Positions 35,756 through 44,622 of a stretch of 64,000 bases of DNA are shown here, in pieces (within the stretch, counting starts at the first letter, position 1; every line of letters begins with the position of its first letter). This DNA comes from a virus, in IMG/VR virus record IMGVR_UViG_3300030012_001572, positions 1 through 64,000 of that record; one strand, given 5' to 3'. The notes beneath the pieces were generated by a model. It worked only from the letters and a program-made list of their open reading frames with translations, did no database searches and was not told the origin of the DNA. Position numbers and translations under genes: made by a program.

Positions 35756-38275
35756 GTGGTATTATTGAAACTTGGTTCTATTGAAAAGGATAGGCAACCC
35801 TCTATTGAGTTGATGCGCCTTTTTGAAAAGACAAGAGTTGCCTATTTATCAGCCGTTCAAGACCCCGATGAGTATTCGGGTCGTTGGCGTAAAGCCGTTG
35901 AAATGATTGAAGAATCTTATGATGAATTAGATGCCGCAGGTAAAGAGTTAAAGAACTTCATTAGAGAAGAAGAAATAACCGCTAATGAGGTAAAAGACCC
36001 TCAATCATCCAAAGCACAGAATCTATATGAAAAAATTAAACTTGTTAGATATACTTCAAAAATTATTGCTGACCCCTTCGCTGAAATGTTCAAAGGTAAT
36101 GTTCTTGAAGAATTATTAGATAATCCTGAAACCATGCTTAAATTTGTGCATTATGCTATGAGGGAAGACAATAAAGCCCTATCAGCAGACATTTTGGCGA
36201 TTAAAGACATGCAACCCGACACAATTACGGAGGGTCTTATGGGTCTTGACCTACAAGTGGACGACATACCCCTCTATATTATTGAGCATTACGGGGATGG
36301 AAAAGACTCAAAGAAGGTTGAAAAGAAAGTAAAGGCTGCTATGGATATGTTAGAGTTAATTTTCTTTTCTCAACACGAAGAAAAAGAATGGGAAGAACTT
36401 CAAGATATTGACATGCAAAAGTCAGAAGAAAAATCAATAGAAGAAAAATCAGTTAGTGATTTTATTATACCTAATAAACCAATGTATCGAATATTTGAAA
36501 TAAAAGATATTAATGAATTAAAAGGATTTAGTGGGAACTGGTATATCCAAGAAAAATATGATGGCATGCGTATTCAAATACATAAGTTAGATAATAAAAT
36601 AAAGATTTATTCTTACAATAAAAAAGATATAACCGAAAAGTGTGATGAAATAGTTAAAGAACTAAAGAAGAAAGAATATGGAGATTGTATCTTTGATGCT
36701 GAACTTATTCTATTTGATGGGGAAGAAGCACTTCATAGAGCCGATACAATCGCTCATGTATTCAAAGGCAAATATAAAGATGCTAAATTAAAATGCCATG
36801 TCTTTGATATTATGCGACATGAAACACAGACATTACTTGATGAAGAACTTGATAATAGAATGACAATTTTATTCAATAATTATGCTGCTAAATCTTCAGA
36901 ATATCTTAATTTCCCTTCAAAGAAAGATACAAGGCAAGCAGATAGTCTTGAAGACTTAGAAGAATATTCAAAAGAAATTATGAATATGCCTACTTCTGAA
37001 GGAGTAGTCATTAAAGACGCTACTTCAACCTACTACTTGGGAACAAAAAAGAATCCTAAGTGGATTAAAATGAAAAAGTTTGTTGATTTAGATGTTATTG
37101 TATTAGATAAGAAAAAGACTAAGAGCAATCTTTATTCTTATACTGTCGGTGTTGGGCCAGTAGATGATGAAGCAGGACAAGAAATAAACGGAAGAAAATA
37201 TCTAAATGTAGGTAAAGCCCTAAATACAAAAATCGCAGTTGAAGTCGGAGATATTATTAGAGTAAAAGTTGATGAAGTTAAGAAGAAGGGCGATGGATTT
37301 AGTTTATTCTCCGCAAAGGTTATTGAAATACCAGAAGTAGAGCATCCTGATAAATTAGTTACTCTTGAATTATTATCAAAAGATACTAAAAAATCTTTGA
37401 ATTATAATGTTGAAGCATTTAAAAAAGGAGTGAAAGTTACTGATTACATTCATGGGGAAACTACTGCTATAATCAAATTTGATACAGATGGTTTTGTTAT
37501 TTATGGTTTTGAAGAAAATAATTTAATGTCAAAAAATGCATTAAGAGATATTGATATGTGGAAAGCCAAAGCCGAAGAAATAATGAAAACAAAACAAGGT
37601 AGACTTACTGTGGCTATTGTAAACTTTTTACAAGAAAAAGGAGATAGAACTCCTAAAGAAGTCCATGATTATTTGAAAGCAAAACACGCTGATATATATG
37701 AAACTGTATTAGATTCTCAATTAAGAAAGTTAGGTAAGTGGGCGCAAGAAAGAGAGCATATTAAAATGATAGGTAACAAATTGCATGCTGACCCGACAAT
37801 TAAATTGGCTGACGAAGATAAAATAGAAAAACAATATAAAACTCCTGATGAATATAGAAAAGGTAAATTTAAAATCTATAATAGAGAAGATAATAATATT
37901 CATTTAGCAATTAGTGTAAATGGCGAAAATATGAATTGGACTATTGATTTAGAAGATGAAGAAGAACTGTTTGATTTATTTGGTGCGGCTGGTAAATATC
38001 CAGCAGAAGTATCAAAAAATGTAGAAAGAGGAAAAGTTATTGATTCTGGAGATATAGAACTAGGTGTTCAAAAAGACGGCTATCATGAATATTTCTTGAA
38101 AGGAAATAAGTTTGAAACTAAAATGCATATTAGAGTTATTCCTATTGATAATAAGCCGATGTGGTTAGCATGGACTGGATATAAACAAGAACCTGCTGAT
38201 ACTGAGGGAGATAAAGGAAAGTGGAATATATATGAAGATAGGTATAATAAATTATCCATACCGACTGAAAATTAG
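35756..38275 (+). CDS. ATP-dependent DNA ligase with N- and C-terminal extensions
   Basis: Motif I QEKYDGMR, III FDAE, IIIa VFDI, IV EGVVIKD, V WIKMK, then an OB-fold region. Confidence 0.9.
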   Translation: MVLLKLGSIEKDRQPSIELMRLFEKTRVAYLSAVQDPDEYSGRWRKAVEMIEESYDELDAAGKELKNFIREEEITANEVKDPQSSKAQNLYEKIKLVRYTSKIIADPFAEMFKGNVLEELLDNPETMLKFVHYAMREDNKALSADILAIKDMQPDTITEGLMGLDLQVDDIPLYIIEHYGDGKDSKKVEKKVKAAMDMLELIFFSQHEEKEWEELQDIDMQKSEEKSIEEKSVSDFIIPNKPMYRIFEIKDINELKGFSGNWYIQEKYDGMRIQIHKLDNKIKIYSYNKKDITEKCDEIVKELKKKEYGDCIFDAELILFDGEEALHRADTIAHVFKGKYKDAKLKCHVFDIMRHETQTLLDEELDNRMTILFNNYAAKSSEYLNFPSKKDTRQADSLEDLEEYSKEIMNMPTSEGVVIKDATSTYYLGTKKNPKWIKMKKFVDLDVIVLDKKKTKSNLYSYTVGVGPVDDEAGQEINGRKYLNVGKALNTKIAVEVGDIIRVKVDEVKKKGDGFSLFSAKVIEIPEVEHPDKLVTLELLSKDTKKSLNYNVEAFKKGVKVTDYIHGETTAIIKFDTDGFVIYGFEENNLMSKNALRDIDMWKAKAEEIMKTKQGRLTVAIVNFLQEKGDRTPKEVHDYLKAKHADIYETVLDSQLRKLGKWAQEREHIKMIGNKLHADPTIKLADEDKIEKQYKTPDEYRKGKFKIYNREDNNIHLAISVNGENMNWTIDLEDEEELFDLFGAAGKYPAEVSKNVERGKVIDSGDIELGVQKDGYHEYFLKGNKFETKMHIRVIPIDNKPMWLAWTGYKQEPADTEGDKGKWNIYEDRYNKLSIPTEN

Positions 38276-38280
38276 TTGTT

Positions 38281-38290
38281 CTTTATATAC
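38281..38290 (+). promoter_or_regulatory. Archaeal-type TATA box upstream of the protease/capsid operon
   Basis: CTTTATATAC about 30 nt before the protease start. Confidence 0.5.
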
Positions 38291-38318
38291 CAGTAAGCAG
38301 TAAGAAGGGTTGAGAGGA

Positions 38319-39545
38319 ATGGCATCAACGGTAATGCAGAACAATACCCATGATTTCAGGATTCTAAAAAGCGATAATTTGATGATTGGAGGATATGCAA
38401 GCATTGAAATCGTTGATAAACAAAATGATTTAATCACACTCAAGGCTCTTAATGAAGCAGTTAAAAAATATATGGAGAACCCTAAATTTAGAAATGTAAT
38501 GACAAATCATTCAAATGTTCAAGTTGGGGAAGTAGTAGAATCATATAGAGATAAAACAGGAAGAATATGGAAAACTGAAGTTGATGATGTTGGATTCTTT
38601 GTTGTAATTAAATTAAGAGATGATATTGAAAAAGCCAAAGAAATAAATAGAGGCATTCGTAAAGGTTCGTTAAGGTCATTTAGTATTGGAGGACAAGCAT
38701 TACAAAAAGTAAAGAAAAATCATCCAGAATTAGGTGAATTTAACGAGATAAGCAAACTAGAACTACATGAGGTTACTATCTGTGAAAAAGGCATTAATCC
38801 TGAAGCAAGGTTTGATATTCTAAAACAAGACAAAAATAAGGTGAAAACTATGAGTAAGATTGAGAAAGCATTGGCTGAATTGGACGCTCTTATGGAGGAA
38901 GTTAATACTCTCCGTAAAGAAGAAGATGATGAAAAGATGATGGACGAGAAAATGATGAACGAAAAAATGATGGAAGACAAAGAATCCATGATGGAAGAAA
39001 AAATGGGCGAAGAAGACGATGAAAAGATGATGGAAGATAAAGAATCCATGTATGCTGACAAAGAAGCAAAAGCCCTTCTTTCTACTCTTGATGGTGCAGG
39101 TGTCGAAATCGGTGAACCTGCGGATAGAATTGTTATTGACAATGGAACTCCAAAGGCTTCTGATTTGCCAGTAGTTAAGGCATTTAACAACAATGAACTT
39201 GAAACACTTGATTTGAGTGTTGCTAACATTGAAAAGGCATACGAGGCTTTCCGTCAAGAACAACTTGAAAAATTGGCTTATGATAATCTTCAAAAGTCTT
39301 TTGAAACTCGCTTTGCTAATGAAAGAGCAAACCGTGAGAACATTCTCGCAAAGTCGCAGTATGACGCACAAAGCGAAATTTCTTCTCTAAAGGAAGAATT
39401 TACTGCACTTCGCAAGTCTTTGACGGCTGAAAAGGAAACAATCCTAAAGGCTCAAGAAGACGCTACTGTTAAACTCCCATCAATGGAAGAATTGGCCGAA
39501 ATGGATTGGTCAGATATTCATAAAATGGTCGGAGGATTTAATTAA
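38319..39545 (+). CDS. HK97-type prohead protease fused to a scaffold domain
   Basis: IGGYAS.EIVDKQND, catalytic H (MTNH), SFSIGG, LHEVTIC..GINPEA; acidic coiled-coil C-terminal half. Confidence 0.92.
   Translation: MASTVMQNNTHDFRILKSDNLMIGGYASIEIVDKQNDLITLKALNEAVKKYMENPKFRNVMTNHSNVQVGEVVESYRDKTGRIWKTEVDDVGFFVVIKLRDDIEKAKEINRGIRKGSLRSFSIGGQALQKVKKNHPELGEFNEISKLELHEVTICEKGINPEARFDILKQDKNKVKTMSKIEKALAELDALMEEVNTLRKEEDDEKMMDEKMMNEKMMEDKESMMEEKMGEEDDEKMMEDKESMYADKEAKALLSTLDGAGVEIGEPADRIVIDNGTPKASDLPVVKAFNNNELETLDLSVANIEKAYEAFRQEQLEKLAYDNLQKSFETRFANERANRENILAKSQYDAQSEISSLKEEFTALRKSLTAEKETILKAQEDATVKLPSMEELAEMDWSDIHKMVGGFN
38920..39050 (+). repeat. In-frame tandem repeats encoding (D/N/E)EKMM and EDKESM
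   Basis: GATGAAAAGATGATGGA and GAAGA(C/T)AAAGAATCCATG repeated within the scaffold region. Confidence 0.8.
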
Positions 39546-39557
39546 AGGTGATTTAAG

Positions 39558-40919
39558 ATGACAGGATATATTAACACAATTGCAGATTTAGAAGCACAAA
39601 CATACGGATTAACAGGCCATACTGGTATTAACAACCAATTGCTTAAGCAAGCAGGTTCTATTGCAGGACTTCATACAGGCCATGATGCACCATTAGGCGT
39701 ATCATCAACTAATTCAGCAGCAGCAGCAAGTTCTCTTAGTGCCTTGTATAACAAGATTTACGGGCAAAAAGTCTGGTCTATGCTAAACAGGGAATGTAAT
39801 GCACTTTCAGTCATTTCAAAGAGGCCATACACTTCAAGCGGTTGGAGAGTTCTTTCCGAGCGACCTGCTGGTGGAAGCGGTAATTTCCTTGATTTAACTG
39901 GTGTAAATGAAGGAACATCTGATGCGACTATTGGTTCAAATACAATGCGACCCGACTTATTGGGTGGTGTTCCTGAAAATGCGGCACTTTCAACTGCTGC
40001 TGATGGTTTAGCGTCTGTTGCTCCTAAATACGAACTATTGTTCACAAGTCCAAAGATTATTGCTCATCAATTTGAGTTCTCGGAATTGGCTATGGAAATG
40101 GCGCAAATTGACGATGGAATTGGCGATATTAGAGCGCAAATGAGAGAAGACATGGGTAAACACCATTCAGAAACTCAAAACGCTATGCTCGTTATGCCTC
40201 TTGAAAACTACAATCTATCGGCTACAAACCAAATCGGAACAATTGAGAGAAACTACACCTCTTTGCTAAAGGTTGTTTCTTCTAAGGAAGAATTAGATGC
40301 TATGGCTGCTGGAACTGTTTTAACTGCTTCAAATTCTGGTGTTGCAGAAATTGAAACTATTTACGGTAAGGCTCGTAGTGCTGCATCTTTCCTTGATGCA
40401 CAGGTTGATTTCGGTGGAGTAGGCTATGCTACTGGAAATGCTCGCTCTTTGACTCTAACTGTTCTAAACAACACAATTAGAGACTTGAGGGTTGCAGGTG
40501 GTTCACCAAAGGTTATTCTAACTGGATATGATACACTTCAAACCATTTCTGACTTATTGCAAGCACAAGAGCGATTCATGGACAGAAAAGAAATTGTTCC
40601 TACTGTTAATGGTGTTCGTGGTGTTAAGGGTCAAGAAGTCGGATTTAGAGTTTCTACTTACTACGACATTCCTATGATTCCTGTTGCGGCTATGCCTTCA
40701 ACTGGTGCAAATACTTCTTGTATTAGTGATATGCTTTTCCTTGATACAGACCATTTGTGGCTATCTGTTATGAAACCAACTCAATACTTTGAAGATGGTA
40801 TTTCAAACGGAAACCCATTCGGTGTCGGCCATCTTGGAAACAAGGCTCTTTACCGCACTATTGCGGAAGTCGGTTGTTCTTACTTCAAGGGTCAGGGTAA
40901 AATCACCAATTTGCTGTGA
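39558..40919 (+). CDS. Major capsid protein (HK97 fold, archaeal head-tail virus type)
   Basis: Follows the protease; YGQKVWSMLNRECNA, SGWRV, GGVPENA, PKVILTGYDT, QGKITNL. Confidence 0.9.
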   Translation: MTGYINTIADLEAQTYGLTGHTGINNQLLKQAGSIAGLHTGHDAPLGVSSTNSAAAASSLSALYNKIYGQKVWSMLNRECNALSVISKRPYTSSGWRVLSERPAGGSGNFLDLTGVNEGTSDATIGSNTMRPDLLGGVPENAALSTAADGLASVAPKYELLFTSPKIIAHQFEFSELAMEMAQIDDGIGDIRAQMREDMGKHHSETQNAMLVMPLENYNLSATNQIGTIERNYTSLLKVVSSKEELDAMAAGTVLTASNSGVAEIETIYGKARSAASFLDAQVDFGGVGYATGNARSLTLTVLNNTIRDLRVAGGSPKVILTGYDTLQTISDLLQAQERFMDRKEIVPTVNGVRGVKGQEVGFRVSTYYDIPMIPVAAMPSTGANTSCISDMLFLDTDHLWLSVMKPTQYFEDGISNGNPFGVGHLGNKALYRTIAEVGCSYFKGQGKITNLL

Positions 40920-40929
40920 GGTGTTTTAA

Positions 40930-41295
40930 TTGGCACATACAGTAACATTATTGGCAGACCATAAAGGTTTTACCAAGCCAAAAGTAATGGGTGATGAATA
41001 CTGCGTAGATGCAGTAATTGACATTACCAGTTATACCGCAAATGGTGAAGAAGTTTTAGCAACAAGTTTAGGATTAACTAGCGTAACTGCGGTTGTAATC
41101 ACAGGTGTTTCTGTTGATACAATTGCGGCTGGTTATTCTGTTTCAGTAATTAGTGCAGAAGTTCTTTCAGGAGCAGCAAATGGTGGTCAATATATCCAAA
41201 CAGGAAATAAAGACCGATTCCAAATTAATGTTCCTGCGGCAAGTAATACCGACAACATAGGTGAATTAAGAGTTAGAGTTTGGGGCAACCTTTGA
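40930..41295 (+). CDS. Putative capsid decoration / minor structural protein
   Basis: Beta-rich 121 aa directly after the MCP; TTG start. Confidence 0.6.
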   Translation: MAHTVTLLADHKGFTKPKVMGDEYCVDAVIDITSYTANGEEVLATSLGLTSVTAVVITGVSVDTIAAGYSVSVISAEVLSGAANGGQYIQTGNKDRFQINVPAASNTDNIGELRVRVWGNL

Positions 41296-41305
41296 AGGTG
41301 ATAGT

Positions 41306-41632
41306 GTGGCTTTAGTGACATTATCTGATTTAGGTGGCTTTAAGCCTCTAAATATTAGAGGAGTTCTTGTTCAAAGAGATGTTCAGTCAGAAATTCCTGT
41401 TATACAGGCTCTTTTGCGTTGTAGTGATACAAAATTAATGTTTACTTTTGAGGAAAAAGACAGAAAAGATTTAGAGTCAATAGACCCTGAATTGTTTCCG
41501 ACTATTTCAAGTGAATTAAGAAAAAAAATCACTACTCACAAAGAATTAATTGAATTACTTTTGCCTAAGAAATCAGCAGCAAAGAAGAAAACTGCGCCAA
41601 AAGCAAAGAAATCTTCTTTGACTGAGGAATGA
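41306..41632 (+). CDS. Hypothetical protein
   Basis: GGTGA RBS, GTG start. Confidence 0.75.
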   Translation: MALVTLSDLGGFKPLNIRGVLVQRDVQSEIPVIQALLRCSDTKLMFTFEEKDRKDLESIDPELFPTISSELRKKITTHKELIELLLPKKSAAKKKTAPKAKKSSLTEE

Positions 41633-41682
41633 ACCGATACGATTAAGAGGGTGCGCCCTCAATCGTTGCTTGACGGAGTAAG

Positions 41683-41970
41683 ATGAATATGCCGAGTTGC
41701 AGAAGTAGTGGGTTATTAACTGATGATACACAAGTAATTAACGGTCAATGTAAATTGATTTCAATTCATGTTAATAACGATAGTGGCGCACCTTGTCAAA
41801 TTAAGGTATTTGATGGAACAGATAATACTGGTAAAGAATTGGCCCGTATTAACTTAGATGGTGGACAAGTTCAAAATCTTGAATTTGACATGCATGGAGT
41901 TATTTGTTCTAATGGAATCTTTTATGAAGAAACAAGTGGCGATGCCAATACTTACATTCATTTCGCTTAA
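41683..41970 (+). CDS. Small beta-rich virion-type protein
   Basis: 95 aa, beta-strand pattern. Confidence 0.65.
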   Translation: MNMPSCRSSGLLTDDTQVINGQCKLISIHVNNDSGAPCQIKVFDGTDNTGKELARINLDGGQVQNLEFDMHGVICSNGIFYEETSGDANTYIHFA

Positions 41971-41979
41971 GGTGATAAT

Positions 41980-42372
41980 ATGGCGGCTTTAAATACAGAT
42001 ACAAGATTAGTTATGACTATACTTTTTGTTGGTGCATTAAGTGGAGCAAATGTATTTGCTTATGCAACATTTGGAACAGGCTTTCCTTATGGCCCAATAG
42101 CACATTCAGTCTTATTTGGATTGGGAACAATAGGTGCAATCATGGTAATGAAAGCATTGTTTGATTTAGCACTTAATGATAAAATAGAGATGTGGCTATT
42201 GGATAGAAAAATTGCGGCTTATTGGGAAAGAAAAGCAAGAGATGAACAACAAAGACAAAAAATGCGTGAAAGCGCAAGACAGTTTGGTGGTTCAACACCT
42301 TTCTATCAGCCTCAATTACAACAGGAAGAAGAAAATACTGTTGGAAGCGAGTTTTTAGCCACCCTTCAATAA
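41980..42372 (+). CDS. Membrane protein (2 TM, holin-like topology)
   Basis: Two hydrophobic segments and a charged C-terminal tail. Confidence 0.75.
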   Translation: MAALNTDTRLVMTILFVGALSGANVFAYATFGTGFPYGPIAHSVLFGLGTIGAIMVMKALFDLALNDKIEMWLLDRKIAAYWERKARDEQQRQKMRESARQFGGSTPFYQPQLQQEEENTVGSEFLATLQ

Positions 42373-42385
42373 AGGGGTTGGTTAA

Positions 42386-42604
42386 GTGGTCTTTGGAGAT
42401 TTGATGGGTTTTTCCGACTCGGACTACGCATATAATCAACAAAGAGCGCATTCAGCAGATGTTTTCTTTCTCAAGATGAGAGCATGGTTTTGGGGTAGTT
42501 TTGCTACCTTGCTATCTTTCTTCGTTGGTAATATAATGGGTGTTTTTGATATAAATATTATTGGATGGATGATTGAAGGAGTAAAAGGTTTATGGGGGCA
42601 TTAA
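42386..42604 (+). CDS. Small membrane protein
   Basis: Hydrophobic C-terminal half. Confidence 0.7.
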   Translation: MVFGDLMGFSDSDYAYNQQRAHSADVFFLKMRAWFWGSFATLLSFFVGNIMGVFDINIIGWMIEGVKGLWGH

Positions 42605-43273
42605 ATGTCATTAATGACAGGATTCGCCATATTAGTTGGTGAAGCAGTTATAGGTTTTTGGAAGAAAGTTCATGCTATTAATTTCGGTGTTTATGGAGCA
42701 ACAATGGTAGGAAAAACTACATTAAGTCATCAATTAAGAACAAGGGGAGAAGTGCCGACAATAAATGAAAGAACCGTTGGATTACATAGAGCCTCAAGAA
42801 AAAATGTTAAAATAGATGGAGAATCATGGACAGTTAAAAGTGCTGATATTGGAGGAGAAGCAATATACTGGAAAGAATGGGTTAAAGATATGCAAAAGCG
42901 TAAAGTTAAGTATATTATATTTATGATAGACCACAGACACTTAGATAATTCTTCAAACTTAGACCATCAAGTAGCATGGAAATTTTTAGTTGATACAATA
43001 TGTTCTAATATTTGGCCTACTGGAAGAAGAAAGAAAGAACCCGATTATCCAATGGCAGTAGGAATATGGGCTAATAAATATGATATATGGGGAGAAAAAT
43101 ATCCATTAAAAGAAGGCCAAACAATAGATAAACATGAAATATTTGAACCATTTAAATATGGAATGAGGCAGTTAAATGATAAAGGAATACCTTGTTTCAA
43201 ATATATAGTTTCAGCAAAGTCAGACCCCGAAATGGTATATAGAGGCGTAATGACAATGATAAAAGATTACTGA
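42605..43273 (+). CDS. Ras-superfamily (Arf/Sar-like) small GTPase
   Basis: G1 GATMVGKT, G2 RTVG, G3 DIGG, G4 NKYD, G5 SAK; hydrophobic N-terminal helix. Confidence 0.88.
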   Translation: MSLMTGFAILVGEAVIGFWKKVHAINFGVYGATMVGKTTLSHQLRTRGEVPTINERTVGLHRASRKNVKIDGESWTVKSADIGGEAIYWKEWVKDMQKRKVKYIIFMIDHRHLDNSSNLDHQVAWKFLVDTICSNIWPTGRRKKEPDYPMAVGIWANKYDIWGEKYPLKEGQTIDKHEIFEPFKYGMRQLNDKGIPCFKYIVSAKSDPEMVYRGVMTMIKDY

Positions 43274-43283
43274 GGAATGAAAG

Positions 43284-43952
43284 ATGTATCAAAACCAATT
43301 AATAGGACAGAACGCACCACAACAATTTAATCCAACATTATCACCATTACAACAAGCAAGAGCAAGTGGACAAGTAGTAGAATATAAGTTTACAGAAGTT
43401 AGACCTAAAAAACAATTAAAAGAACTTATTAAAGTATTAACTGCCGAACCTAAAAAACTATTATTCATTAAATATGGTAAGAAATTTAATTTAAAAGATA
43501 GGTGTGTTGTTTGTGGAATGCATCATGTTTGGGAGCAAGGAGATTATTTAAGACCTCCAATGCCTTTAGATAAAGTAGTTAAAGGTAGACCACTCATGGG
43601 AACATATTGTCCTAAACATTCTTCTATGTATATGCAATTAGAGATGCTTCAACAACAAATACTGGCGGATAAGCATGGATTAGAGTTTAAGCGATTTGTT
43701 CCTAAAATGCCAAAGATGATGAAAAGTGGGCCAATTACTGAATTAAGCAAAAAAGATGTAATGGCTCTTACCGCAAGCGGTTGGTTTATTAAGCCACCCG
43801 CTTTAGACGATAACAGGACGGCAACACAAGAGGTCATTCAACTAATAACTGAAATTAACATAATGACTGAGAGAGTTAGCCATTTAATGCTTAAACATCA
43901 AATTGAGGCAATTAACTCAACACCAGAAGCAAAAGAAACTAAAGAGGAATAG
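43284..43952 (+). CDS. Zn-finger hypothetical protein
   Basis: CVVC...YCPKH. Confidence 0.8.
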   Translation: MYQNQLIGQNAPQQFNPTLSPLQQARASGQVVEYKFTEVRPKKQLKELIKVLTAEPKKLLFIKYGKKFNLKDRCVVCGMHHVWEQGDYLRPPMPLDKVVKGRPLMGTYCPKHSSMYMQLEMLQQQILADKHGLEFKRFVPKMPKMMKSGPITELSKKDVMALTASGWFIKPPALDDNRTATQEVIQLITEINIMTERVSHLMLKHQIEAINSTPEAKETKEE

Positions 43953-43954
43953 AT

Positions 43955-44611
43955 ATGGTATTTGGAACAAGTAACAAAACTGTTTTGGGTGCAGTTCAAC
44001 AACAAGGCGACCAAAATTTTAAATCAATGAACAACTTATTATCTTTGCAAGATAATCATGTTGAAGAATTTTTTCAATATCATGGTGAACATTTCTTAGC
44101 CGCACTTGAAAAACTCATGGAAGATGTTATTGAGCGTGTTGTTTCTCAAATGCTTGCAAAACTTTCTTTTGATACTAGCGGTTCATCTATTACTGTAAAT
44201 AGAGATGCCTTAAGAGAATACGAAAGAATTACTCAAGAAAACATTGATTTAGATTTACAATTGTTATTACAATCAGCAATCAATACAGAAGTCGTAAATC
44301 AAAGAAAACTTGCGAAGCAACAATACCTTGAATCTCAAGGTTTTAGTGGCGGTGGAATACAACAAATTACTCAACCAACCGCAGGTATGGCAATTGCAGG
44401 ATTAACAGGAACAACAGGACAATATCAGCAAATGCAAGGTGCTGTAAATAATGGTTCGGGTTATCCCGTTCCTCCAAGTGGAACAGACGGATATGGCCGT
44501 CCTTATTGGATTGATGCACAAGGTCAAATGAGTTATGAACCACCACAAAGCGGATTACATTTAGGTGCAGGTATTCAAAAGGCTGCTGCTTGGGCTAAAT
44601 GGTTAATGTGA
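43955..44611 (+). CDS. Q/G-rich hypothetical protein
   Basis: 218 aa; amphipathic C-terminus AAAWAKWLM. Confidence 0.8.
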   Translation: MVFGTSNKTVLGAVQQQGDQNFKSMNNLLSLQDNHVEEFFQYHGEHFLAALEKLMEDVIERVVSQMLAKLSFDTSGSSITVNRDALREYERITQENIDLDLQLLLQSAINTEVVNQRKLAKQQYLESQGFSGGGIQQITQPTAGMAIAGLTGTTGQYQQMQGAVNNGSGYPVPPSGTDGYGRPYWIDAQGQMSYEPPQSGLHLGAGIQKAAAWAKWLM

Positions 44612-44622
44612 GGTGAATAACA

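Noticed and set aside
38720-39371. Two minus-strand ORFs (169 and 183 aa)
   Set aside because: Antisense to the low-complexity scaffold repeats
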